From: Eledone cirrhosa | Lineage: Eukaryota | NCBI GenBank assembly: GCA_964016885.1 | Contig: OZ024760.1 | Span: 30,194,001 to 30,258,000 of the forward strand | Direction of reading: 5' to 3' | Length of the DNA: 64,000 nt | Shown here: piece by piece, positions 43,801 to 57,950 of the stretch | How the letters are laid out: every line of letters starts with the position of its first letter | Position numbering within the stretch: position 1 is the stretch's first letter | Notes under the pieces: model-generated | Told to the model about the DNA's origin: nothing | The model's input: the letters and a program-made list of their open reading frames with translations, nothing else | Databases searched by the model: none | Program-made: the position numbers and the translations under genes

Positions 43801-44908
43801 GTAATGTAATTTAATGTAATGTAATATAATGTAATGTGTAATGTAATGTAATGTAATATGGAATGTAATCTAATGTAATGTAATGTGTAATGTAATGTAA
43901 TGTAATGTAATGTAATGTGTAATGTAATGTAATGTAATGTAACGTGTAATGTAATGTAATGTAATGTAACGTGTAACGTAATGTAATGTAATGTAATGTA
44001 ATGTAATGTGTAATGCAATGTAATGTAATGTAATGAAATGTAATGTGTAATGTAATGTAATGTAATGTAATGTAATGTAATGTAATGTAATGTAATGTAA
44101 TGTAATGTAATGTGTAATGTAATGTAATGTAATGTAGTATGTAATGTAATGTAATGTAATGTAATGTAATGTAATGTATTGTAATGTAATGTAATGTAAT
44201 GCAATGCAATGCAATACAATGCAATGCAATGTAACGTAATGTAATGTAATGTAATGTGTAATGTAATGTAATGTGTAATGTAATGTAATGTAATGTAATG
44301 TAATGTAATGTAATTTAATATAATGTAATGTAATGTAATGTAATGTAATGTAATGTAATGTAATGTAATGTAATTTAATGTAATGTGTAATGTAATGTAA
44401 TGTAATGTAATGTGTAATGTAATGTAATGTAATGTAATGTAATGTAATGTAACGTAACGTAATGTAATGTAATTTAATGTGTGATGTAATGTAATGTAAT
44501 GTCATGTAATGTAATGTAATGTAATGTGTAATGTAATGTAATAGTGTAATGTAATGTAATGTAATGTAATGTAATGTAATGTAATGTAATGTAATGTGTA
44601 ATGTAATGTAATGTAATGTAATGTAATATAATGTGTAATGTAATGTAATGTAATGTAATGTAGTATGTAATGTAACGTAATGTAATGTAATATGTAATGT
44701 AATGTAATGTAATGTAACGTCTAATGTAATGTATTGTAATGTAATGTAATGTAATGTAATATGTAATGTAATGTATTGTAATGTAAAGTAATGTAATGTA
44801 ATGTAATGTGTAATGTAATGTAATGTAATGCAATCTGTAATGTAATATAATGTAATGTAATGTAATGTGTAATGTAATGTAATGTAATGTAATGTAATGT
44901 AATGTAAT

Positions 44909-44983
44909 GCAATGCAATGCAATGCAATGAAATGCAATGAAATGCAATGAAATACAATGCAATGCAATGCAATGCAATGCAAT
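44909..44983. repeat. Local (GCAAT)n/(GAAAT) variant microsatellite patch
   Basis: About 15 consecutive non-GTAAT pentamers, in register with the array. Similar patches lie at 34630-34674, 40105-40124, 43724-43768 and 44201-44230. Confidence 0.9.
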
Positions 44984-47599
44984 GTAATGTAATGTAATGT
45001 AATGTAACGTAATGTAATGTAACGTAACGTAACGTAACGTAATGTAATGTGTAATGTAATGTAATCTAATGTAATATGTAATGTAATGTAATGTGTAATG
45101 TAATGTAATGTAATGTAATGCAATGTAATGTAATGTGTAATGTAATGTAATGTAATGTAATGTAATGTAATGTAATGTAATTTAATGTAATGTAAAGTAA
45201 TGTAATGTAATGTAATGTGTAATGTAATGTAATGTAAAGTAATGTAATGTGTAATGTAATGTAATGTGTAATGTAATGTAATGTAATGTAATGTAATGTA
45301 ATGTACTGTAATGCATTGTAATATAATATTTAATATGTAATGTAATGTAATGTAACGTAACGTAACGTAACGTAATGTAATGTAATGTAATGTAATATGT
45401 AATGTAATGTAATGTAGTGTAATGTAATGTAATGTAATGTTATGTAATGTAATGTAATGTGTAATGTAATGTAATGTAATGTAATGTAATGTAATGTGTA
45501 ATGTAATGTAACGTAATGTATAATGTAATGTAATATAATGTGTAATGTAATGTAATGTAATGTAATGTAATGTAATGTAATGTGTAATGTAATGTAATGT
45601 AATGTAATGTAATGTAATGTAATGTGTAATGTGTAATCTAATGTAATGTAATGTAACGTAATGTAATGTAATGTAATGTAATGTAATATGTAATGTAATG
45701 TAATGTAATTTAATGTAATGTCTAATGTAATGTAATGTAATGTGTAATGTGTAATGTAATGTAATGTAATGTAATGTAATGTGTAATGTGTAATGTAATG
45801 TAATGTAATATGTAATGTAATGTAATGTAATTTAATGTAATGTTTAATGTAATGTAATGTAATGTAATGTAATGTAATATCTAACGTAATGTAATGTAAT
45901 GTAATGTAATGTAATGTAATGTAATGTAATGTAATGTAATGTAATGTAATGTAATGTAATGTGTAATGTGTAATGTAATGTAATGTAATGTGTAATGTAA
46001 TGTAATGTAATTTAACGTAATGTAATGTGTAATGTAACGTGTAATGTAATGTAATGTAATGTAATGTAATGTAATGTGTAATGTAATGTAATATAATGTA
46101 ATATATAATGTAATGTAATGTAATGTAATGTAATGTAATGTAATGTAATGTAATGTAATGTAATGTAATGTAATGTAATGTAATGTGTAATGTAATGTAA
46201 TGTAATGTAATGTAATGTACTGTAATGTGTAATGTAATGTAATGTAATGTAATGTAATGTAATGTAATGTAATGTAATATGTAATGTAATGTAATGTAAT
46301 GTAATGTAATGTTTAATGTAATGTAATGTAATGTAATGTAATGTAATGTAATGTAATGTAATATCTAACGTAATGTCATGTAATGTAATGTAATGTAATG
46401 TAATGTAATGTAATGTAATGTGTAATGTAATGTAATGTAATGTGTAATGTAATGTAATGTAATGTAACGTAATGTAATGTGTAATGTAATGTAACGTGTA
46501 ATGTAATGTAATGTAATGTGTAATGTAATGTAATATAATGTAATATATAATGTAATGTAATGTAATGTAATGTGTAATGTAATGTAATGTAATGTAATGT
46601 AATGTAATGTAATGTAATGTGTAATGTAATGTAACGTAATGTAATGTAATGTGTAATGTAATGTAATGTAATGTAATGTGTAATGTAATGTAATGTAGTG
46701 TAATGTATAATGTAATGTGTAATGTAATGTAATGTAAGGTAATGTGTAATGTAATGTAATGTAGTGTAACGTAGAATGTAATGTGTAATGTAATGTAATG
46801 TAATGTAATGTAATGTGTAATGTAATGTAATGTAAAGTGTAATGTAATGTAATGTAATGTAATGTAATGTAATGTAATGTAATGTAATGTAATTTAATGT
46901 GTAATGTAATGTAATGTAATGTAATGTAAAGTAATGTAATGTAATGTGTAATGTGTAATGTAATGTAATGTAATGTAATGTAATGTAATGTAATGCAATG
47001 CAATGTAATGTAATGTGTAATGTGTAATGTGTAATGTAATGTAATGTAATGTAATGTGTAATGTAATGTAATGTAATCTAATGTAATGTAATGTAATGTG
47101 TAATGTAATGTAATGTAATGTAATGTAATGTAATGTGTAATGTAATGTAATGTAATGTAATGTAATGTGTAATGTAATGTAATGTAATGTAATGTAATGT
47201 AATGTAATGTTATGTGTAACGTAATGTAATGTAATGTAATGTGTTATGTAATGTAATGTGCAATGTAATGTAATGTAATGTAATGTAATGGAATGTAATG
47301 AGTAATGTAATGTAATGTAATGTGTAATGTAATGTAATGTAATGTAATGTAGTGTAATGTAATGTAATGTGTATTGTAATGTAATGTAATGTAATGTAAT
47401 GTAATGTAATGTAACGTAATGTGTAATGTAATGTAATGTAATGTGTAATGTAATGTAATGTAATATGTAATGTAATGTAATGTAATGTAATGTAATGTAA
47501 TGTGTAATGTAATGTAATGTAATGTAATGTGTAATGTAATGTAATGTAATGTAATGTAATTTAATTTAATGTAATGTAATGTGTAATGTAATGTGTAAT

Positions 47600-50500
47600 G
47601 TAATGTAATGTAATGTGTAATGTAATGTAACGTAATGTGTAATGTAATGTAATGTAATGTAATTTAATGTAATGTAATGTAATGTAATGTAATGTAATGT
47701 AATGTGATGTGTAATGAAATGTATTGTAATGTAATGTAATGTAATGTAATGTGTAATGTAATGTAATGTAATGTGTAATGTCATGTAATGTAATGTAATG
47801 TAATGTAATGTAATGTAATGTGTAATGTAATGTAATGTATTGTGTAATGTAATATAATGTAATGTTTAATGTAATGTAATGTAATGTAATGTAATGTAAT
47901 GTAATGTAATGTAATGTAATGTAATGTTATGTTTTATGTAATGTAATGTAATATAATGTAATTTTTAATGTAATGTAATGTAATGTAATGTAATGTAATA
48001 TAAAGTGTAATGTAATGTAATGTAATGTAACGTAATGTTTAATGTAAAGTAATGTAATGTAATGAAATGTAATGTAATGTGTAATGTAATGTAATGTAAT
48101 GTAATGTAATGTAATGTAATATAATGTTTAACGTAATGTAATATAATGTAATGTAATGTAATGTATTGTAATGTGTAATGTAATGTAATGTAATGTAATG
48201 TAATGTTTAATGTAATGTAATGTAATGTAATGTAATGTAATGTAATGTAATGTAATGTAATGTAATGTAATGTAATGTAATATGTAATGTAATGTAATAT
48301 AATGTAATATGTAATACGTAATGTAATGTAATGTGTGATGTAATGTAATGTAATGTGTAATGTAATGTAAAGTAATGTGTAACGTAATGTAATGTAATGT
48401 AATGTAATGTAATGTAATGTGTAATGTAATGTAATGTAATGTGTAATGTAATGTAATGTAATGTAATGTAATGTAATGTAATGTAATGTGTAATGTAATG
48501 TAATGTAATTTAATGTAATGTCTAATGTAATGTAATGTAATGTATTGTAATGTAATGTAATGGAATGTGTAATGAAATGTAATATAATGTGTAATGTAAT
48601 GTAATGTAATGTAATGTAACGTAATGTGTCATGTAATGTAATGTAATGTGTAATGTAATATAATGTGTAATGTAATGTAATGTAATGTAATGTGTATCGT
48701 GTAAAGTGAATTGTGTAATGTAATGTAATGTAATGTGTAATGTAATGTAATGGAATGTAATGTGTAATGTAATGTAATGTAATGTAATGTGTAATGTAAT
48801 ATAATGTGTAATGTAATGTAATGTAATGTAATGTAATGTAATGTAATGTAATGTAATGTGTATCGTGTAAAGTGAATTGTGTAATGTAATGTAATGTAAT
48901 GTAATGTGTAATGTAATGTAATGGAATGTAATGTGTAATGTAATGTAATGTAATGTAAAGTAATGTAATGTAACGTAATGTAATGTAATGTAATGTAATG
49001 TATAATGTAATGTAATGTAATGTAATGTGTAATGTAATGTAATGTAATGTAATGTAATGTAATGTAATATAATGTAATGTGTAATGTAATGTAATGTAAT
49101 GTAATGTAATGTGTAATGTAACGTAATGTAATGAAATGTAACGTAATGTAATGTAATGTAATGTAATGTAATGTAATGTAATGTAATGTGTAAGGAAAGG
49201 TAATATAATGTAATGTAAAGTAATGTAATGTAATGTGTAACGTAATGTAATGTAATGTAATGTAATGTGTAATGTAATGTAATGTAATGTGTAATGTAAT
49301 GTAATGTAATGTAATATAATGTGTAATGTAATGTAATGTAATGAAATGAAATGAAATGTAATGTAATGTAATGTAATGTAATGTAATGTAATGTAATGTA
49401 ATGTAATGTAATGTAATGTAATGTAATGTAATGTAATGTAATGTAATGTAATGTAATGTAATGTAATGTAATGTAATGTAATGTAATGTAATGTAATGTA
49501 ATGTAAAGTAAAGTAATGTAATGTAATGTAATGTAATGTAACGTGTAATATAATGTAATGTAATGTAATGTAAAGTAATGTAATGTAATGTAATGTAATG
49601 TGTAACGTAATGTAATGTAATGTAACGTAATGTGTAATGTAATGTAATGTAATGTAATGTGTAATGTAATGTAATGTAATGTAATGTATATTGTAATGTA
49701 ATGTAATGTGTAATGTAATGTAATGTGTAATGTAATGTAATGTAATGTAATGTAATGTAATGTAATGTAATGTTATGTTATGTAATGTGTAATATAATGT
49801 AATGTGTAATGTAATGTAATGTAATTTAATGTAATGTGTAATGTAATGTAATGTAATGTAATGTAATGTAATGTAATGTAATGTAATGTAATGTGTAATG
49901 TAATGTAATGTAATGTAATGTGTAATGTAATGTAATGTAATGTAATGTAATGTAATGTAATGAAATGTAATGTAATGTAATGTAATGTAATGTAATGTAA
50001 TGTAATGTAATGTAATGTAATGTAATGTAATGTGTAATGTAATGTAATGTGTAATGTAATGTAATGTAATGTAATGTAATGTGTAATGTAATGTAACGTG
50101 TAATGTAATGTAATGTAATGTAATGTAATGTAATGTGTAATGTAATGTAATGTGTAATGTAATGTAATGTAATGTAATGTAATGTAATGTAATGTAATGT
50201 AATGTAATGTGTAATGTAATGTAATGTGTAATGTAATGTAATGTAATGTTATGTAATGTGATGTGTAATGTAATGTAATGTGTAATGTAATGTAATGTAA
50301 TTTAATGTTATGTAATGTATTGTGTAATGTAACGTACTGTGTAATCTAATGTAATGTAATGTAATGTAATGTAATGTAATGTAATGTAATATGTTACGTA
50401 ATGTAATGTAATGTAATGTAATGTGTAATGTAATGTAATGTAATGTAATGTGTAATGTAATGTAATGTAACGTAATGTGTAATGTAATGTAATGTAATGA

Positions 50501-53500
50501 AATGTAACGTAATGTAATGTAATGTAATGTAATGTAATGTAATGTAATGTAATGTAATGTAAAGTAATGTAATGTAATGTAATGTGTAACGTAATGTAAT
50601 GTAATGTAACGTAATGTGTAATGTAATGTAATGTAATGTAATGTAATGTAATTTAATGTAATATGTAATGTAATGTAATGTAATGTAATGTAATATAATA
50701 TGTAATGTAATGTAATGTAATGTAATGTAATGTAATGTAATATGTAATGTAATGTAATATAATGTAATATGTAATACGTAATGTAATGTAATGTGTGATG
50801 TAATGTAATGTAATGTGTAATGTAATGTAAAGTAATGTGTAACGTAACGTAATGTAATGTAATGTAATGTAATGTAATGTGTAATGTAATGTAATGTAAT
50901 GTGTAATGTAATGTAATGTAATGTAATGTAATGTAATGTAATGTGTAATGTAATGTAATTTAATGTAATGTCTAATGTAATGTAATGTAATATATTGTAA
51001 TGTAATGTAATGGAATGTGTAATGAAATGTAATATAATGTGTAATGTAATGTAATGTAATGTAATGTAATGTAACGTAATGTGTAATGTAATGTAATGTA
51101 ATGTGTAATGTAATATAATGTGTAATGTAATGTAATGTAATGTAATGTGTATCGTGTAAAGTGAATTGTGTAATGTAATGTAATGTAATGTAATGTGTAT
51201 CGTGTAAAGTGAATTGTGTAATGTAATGTAATGTAATGTGTAATGTAATGTAATGGAATGTAATGTGTAATGTAATGTAATGTGTAATGTAATATAATGT
51301 GTAATGTAATGTAATGTAATGTAACGTAATGTAATGTAATGTAATGTAATGTAATGTAATGTGTATCGTGTAAAGTGAATTGTGTAATGTAATGTAATGT
51401 AATGTAATGTGTAATGTAATGGAATGTAATGTGTAATGTAATGTAATGTAATGTAAAGTAATGTAACGTAATGTAATGTAATGTAATGTATAATGTAATG
51501 TAATGTAATGTAATGTAATGTGTAATGTAATGTAATGTAATGTAATGTAATGTAATGTAATGTAATGTAATGTAATGTGTAATGTAATGTAATGTAATGT
51601 AATGTGTAATGTAACGTAATGTAATGAAATGTAACGTAATGTAATGTAATGTAATGTAATGTAATGTAATGTAATGTAATGTAATGTAATGTAATGTAAT
51701 GTGTAATGAAAGGTAATATAATGTAATGTAAAGTAATGTAATGTAATGTAATGTGTAACGTAATGTAATGTAATGTAATGTAATGTGTAATGTGATGTAA
51801 TGTAATGTAATGTAATGTGTAATGTAATGTAATGTAATGTAATGTAATGTGTAATGTAATGTAATGTAATGTAATGAAATGTAATGTAATGTAATGTAAT
51901 GTAATGTAATGTAATGTAATGTAATGTAATGTAATGTAATGTAATGTAATGTAATGTAATGTAATGTAATGTAATGTAATGTAATGTAATGTAATGTAAT
52001 GTAATGTAATGTAATGTAATGTAATGTAATGTAATGTAATGTAAAGTAAAGTAATGTAATGTAATGTAATGTAATGTAACGTGTAATATAATGTAATGTA
52101 ATGTAATGTAAAGTAATGTAATGTAATGTAATGTAATGTGTAATGTAATGTAATGTAATGTAATGTATATTGTAATGTAATGTAATGTGTAATGTAATGT
52201 AATGTGTAATGTAATGTAATGTAATGTAATGTAATGTAATGTTATGTAATGTGTAATATAATGTAATGTGTAATGTAATGTAATGTAATGTAATGTAATG
52301 TAATGTGTAATGTAATGTAATGTAATGTGTAATGTAATGTAATGTAATGTAATGTAATGTAATGTAATGTATATTGTAATGTAATGTGTAACGTAATGTA
52401 ATGTAATGTAATGTGTAATGTAATGTAAAGTAATGTGTAATGTAATGTGATGTAATATAATGTAATGCAATGTAATGTAATTTAATGTAATGTGTAATGT
52501 AATGTAATGTGTAATGTAATGTAATGTAATGTAATGTAATGTAATGTAATGTAATGTAATGTAATGTAATGTGGAATGTAATGTAATGTAATGTAATGTG
52601 TAATGTAATGTAATGTAATGTAATGTAATGTAATGTAATGAAATGTAATGTAATGTAATGTAATGTAATGTAATGTAATGTAATGTAATGTAATGTGTAA
52701 TGTAATGTAATGTGTAATGTAATGTAATGTAATGTAATGTAATGTGTAATGTAATGTAACGTGTAATGTAATGTAATGTAATGTAATGTAATGTAATGTG
52801 TAATGTAATGTAATGTGTAATGTAATGTAATGTAATGTAATTTAATGTAATGTAATGTAATGTAATGTAATGTAATGTAATGTGATGTGTAATGAAATGT
52901 ATTGTAATGTAATGTAATGTAATGTAATGTGTAATGTAATGTAATGTAATGTGTAATGTCATGTAATGTAATGTAATGTAATGTAATGTAATGTAATGTG
53001 TAATGTAATGTAATGTATTGTGTAATGTAATATAATGTAATGTTTAATGTAATGTAATGTAATGTAATGTAATGTAATGTAATGTAATGTAATGTAATGT
53101 TATGTTTTATGTAATGTAATGTAATATAATGTAATTTTTAATGTAATGTAATGTAATGTAATGTAATGTAATATAAAGTGTAATGTAATGTAATGTAATG
53201 TAACGTAATGTTTAATGTAAAGTAATGTAATGTAATGAAATGTAATGTAATGTGTAATGTAATGTAATGTAATGTAATGTAATGTAATGTAATATAATGT
53301 TTAACGTAATGTAATATAATGTAATGTAATGTAATGTATTGTAATGTGTAATGTAATGTAATGTAATGTAATGTAATGTTTAATGTAATGTAATGTAATG
53401 TAATGTAATGTAATGTAATGTAATGTAATGTAATGTAATGTAATGTAATGTAATATGTAATGTAATGTAATATAATGTAATATGTAATACGTAATGTAAT

Positions 53501-56500
53501 GTAATGTGTGATGTAATGTAATGTAATGTGTAATGTAATGTAAAGTAATGTGTAACGTAATGTAATGTAATGTAATGTAATGTAATGTAATGTGTAATGT
53601 AATGTAATGTAATGTGTAATGTAATGTAATGTAATGTAATGTAATGTAATGTAATGTAATGTGTAATGTAATGTAATGTAATTTAATGTAATGTCTAATG
53701 TAATGTAATGTAATGTATTGTAATGTAATGTAATGGAATGTGTAATGAAATGTAATATAATGTGTAATGTAATGTAATGTAATGTAATGTAACGTAATGT
53801 GTCATGTAATGTAATGTAATGTGTAATGTAATATAATGTGTAATGTAATGTAATGTAATGTAATGTGTATCGTGTAAAGTGAATTGTGTAATGTAATGTA
53901 ATGTAATGTGTAATGTAATGTAATGGAATGTAATGTGTAATGTAATGTAATGTAATGTAATGTGTAATGTAATATAATGTGTAATGTAATGTAATGTAAT
54001 GTAATGTAATGTAATGTAATGTAATGTAATGTGTATCGTGTAAAGTGAATTGTGTAATGTAATGTAATGTAATGTAATGTGTAATGTAATGTAATGGAAT
54101 GTAATGTGTAATGTAATGTAATGTAATGTAAAGTAATGTAATGTAACGTAATGTAATGTAATGTAATGTAATGTATAATGTAATGTAATGTAATGTAATG
54201 TGTAATGTAATGTAATGTAATGTAATGTAATGTAATGTAATATAATGTAATGTGTAATGTAATGTAATGTAATGTAATGTAATGTGTAATGTAACGTAAT
54301 GTAATGAAATGTAACGTAATGTAATGTAATGTAATGTAATGTAATGTAATGTAATGTAATGTGTAAGGAAAGGTAATATAATGTAATGTAAAGTAATGTA
54401 ATGTAATGTGTAACGTAATGTAGTGTAATGTAATGTAATGTGTAATGTAATGTAATGTAATGTGTAATGTAATGTAATGTAATGTAATATAATGTGTAAT
54501 GTAATGTAATGTAATGAAATGAAATGAAATGAAATGTAATGTAATGTAATGTAATGTAATGTAATGTAATGTAATGTAATGTAATGTAATGTAATGTAAT
54601 GTAATGTAATGTAATGTAATGTAATGTAATGTAATGTAATGTAATGTAATGTAATGTAATGTAATGTAAAGTAAAGTAATGTAATGTAATGTAATGTAAT
54701 GTAACGTGTAATATAATGTAATGTAATGTAATGTAAAGTAATGTAATGTAATATAATGTAATGTGTAACGTAATGTAATGTAATGTAACGTAATGTGTAA
54801 TGTAATGTAATGTAATGTAATGTGTAATGTAATGTAATGTAATGTAATGTATATTGTAATGTAATGTAATGTGTAATGTAATGTAATGTGTAATGTAATG
54901 TAATGTAATGTAATGTAATGTAATGTAATGTAATGTTATGTTATGTAATGTGTAATATAATGTAATGTGTAATGTAATGTAATGTAATTTAATGTAATGT
55001 GTAATGTAATGTAATGTAATGTAATGTAATGTAATGTAATGTAATGTAATGTAATGTAATGTGTAATGTAATGTAATGTAATGTAATGTGTAATGTAATG
55101 TAATGTAATGTAATGTAATGTAATGTAATGAAATGTAATGTAATGTAATGTAATGTAATGTAATGTAATGTAATGTAATGTAATGTAATGTAATGTAATG
55201 TGTAATGTAATGTAATGTGTAATGTAATGTAATGTAATGTAATGTAATGTGTAATGTAATGTAACGTGTAATGTAATGTAATGTAATGTAATGTAATGTA
55301 ATGTGTAATGTAATGTAATGTGTAATGTAATGTAATGTAATGTAATGTAATGTAATGTAATGTAATGTAATGTAATGTGTAATGTAATGTAATGTGTAAT
55401 GTAATGTAATGTAATGTTATGTAATGTGATGTGTAATGTAATGTAATGTGTAATGTAATGTAATGTAATGTAATTTAATGTTATGTAATGTATTGTGTAA
55501 TGTAACGTACTGTGTAATCTAATGTAATGTAATGTAATGTAATGTAATGTAATGTAATGTAATATGTTACGTAATGTAATGTAATGTAATGTAATGTGTA
55601 ATGTAATGTAATGTAATGTAATGTGTAATGTAATGTAATGTAACGTAATGTGTAATGTAATGTAATGTAATGAAATGTAACGTAATGTAATGTAATGTAA
55701 TGTAATGTAATGTAATGTAATGTAATGTAAAGTAATGTAATGTAATGTAATGTGTAACGTAATGTAATGTAATGTAACGTAATGTGTAATGTAATGTAAT
55801 GTAATGTAATGTAATGTAATTTAATGTAATATGTAATGTAATGTAATGTAATGTAATGTAATATAATATGTAATGTAATGTAATGTAATGTAATGTAATG
55901 TAATGTAATGTAATATGTAATGTAATGTAATATAATGTAATATGTAATACGTAATGTAATGTAATGTGTGATGTAATGTAATGTAATGTGTAATGTAATG
56001 TAAAGTAATGTGTAACGTAACGTAATGTAATGTAATGTAATGTAATGTAATGTGTAATGTAATGTAATGTAATGTGTAATGTAATGTAATGTAATGTAAT
56101 GTAATGTAATGTAATGTGTAATGTAATGTAATTTAATGTAATGTCTAATGTAATGTAATGTAATATATTGTAATGTAATGTAATGGAATGTGTAATGAAA
56201 TGTAATATAATGTGTAATGTAATGTAATGTAATGTAATGTAATGTAACGTAATGTGTAATGTAATGTAATGTAATGTGTAATGTAATATAATGTGTAATG
56301 TAATGTAATGTAATGTAATGTGTATCGTGTAAAGTGAATTGTGTAATGTAATGTAATGTAATGTGTAATGTAATGTAATGGAATGTAATGTGTAATGTAA
56401 TGTAATGTGTAATGTAATATAATGTGTAATGTAATGTAATGTAATGTAACGTAATGTAATGTAATGTAATGTAATGTAATGTGTATCGTGTAAAGTGAAT

Positions 56501-57950
56501 TGTGTAATGTAATGTAATGTAATGTAATGTGTAATGTAATGGAATGTAATGTGTAATGTAATGTAATGTAATGTAAAGTAATGTAACGTAATGTAATGTA
56601 ATGTAATGTAATGTATAATGTAATGTAATGTAATGTAATGTAATGTGTAATGTAATGTAATGTAATGTAATGTAATGTAATGTAATGTAATGTAATGTAA
56701 TGTGTAATGTAATGTAATGTAATGTAATGTGTAATGTAACGTAATGTAATGAAATGTAACGTAATGTAATGTAATGTAATGTAATGTAATGTAATGTAAT
56801 GTAATGTAATGTAATGTAATGTAATGTGTAATGAAAGGTAATATAATGTAATGTAAAGTAATGTAATGTAATGTAATGTGTAACGTAATGTAATGTAATG
56901 TAATGTAATGTGTAATGTGATGTAATGTAATGTAATGTAATGTGTAATGTAATGTAATGTAATGTAATGTAATGTGTAATGTAATGTAATGTAATGTAAT
57001 GAAATGTAATGTAATGTAATGTAATGTAATGTAATGTAATGTAATGTAATGTAATGTAATGTAATGTAATGTAATGTAATGTAATGTAATGTAATGTAAT
57101 GTAATGTAATGTAATGTAATGTAATGTAATGTAATGTAATGTAATGTAATGTAATGTAATGTAATGTAATGTAAAGTAAAGTAATGTAATGTAATGTAAT
57201 GTAATGTAACGTGTAATATAATGTAATGTAATGTAATGTAAAGTAATGTAATGTAATGTAATGTAATGTGTAATGTAATGTAATGTAATGTAATGTATAT
57301 TGTAATGTAATGTAATGTGTAATGTAATGTAATGTGTAATGTAATGTAATGTAATGTAATGTTATGTAATGTGTAATATAATGTAATGTGTAATGTAATG
57401 TAATGTAATGTAATGTAATGTAATGTGTAATGTAATGTAATGTAATGTGTAATGTAATGTAATGTAATGTAATGTAATGTAATGTAATGTATATTGTAAT
57501 GTAATGTGTAACGTAATGTAATGTAATGTAATGTGTAATGTAATGTAAAGTAATGTGTAATGTAATGTGATGTAATATAATGTAATGCAATGTAATGTAA
57601 TTTAATGTAATGTGTAATGTAATGTAATGTGTAATGTAATGTAATGTAATGTAATGTAATGTAATGTAATGTAATGTAATGTAATGTAATGTAATGTGTA
57701 ATGTAATGTAATGTAATGTAATGTGTAATGTAATGTAATGTAATGTAATGTAATGTAATGTAATGAAATGTAATGTAATGTAATGTAATGTAATGTAATG
57801 TAATGTAATGTAATGTAATGTGTAATGTAATGTAATGTGTAATGTAATGTAATGTAATGTAATGTAATGTGTAATGTAATGTAACGTGTAATGTAATGTA
57901 ATGTAATGTAATGTAATGTAATGTGTAATGTAATGTAATGTGTAATGTAA
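47600..57950. repeat. ~5.17-kb higher-order tandem repeat (dimer of ~2.5-kb units plus a junction segment), 2 copies
   Basis: GTGATGTGTAATGAAATGTATTG ~47702/~52882, TTATGTTTTATG ~47927/~53100, TAAGGAAAGG ~49191/~54364, ATATGTTACG ~50389/~55562. Offsets are ~5173. Confidence 0.9.
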
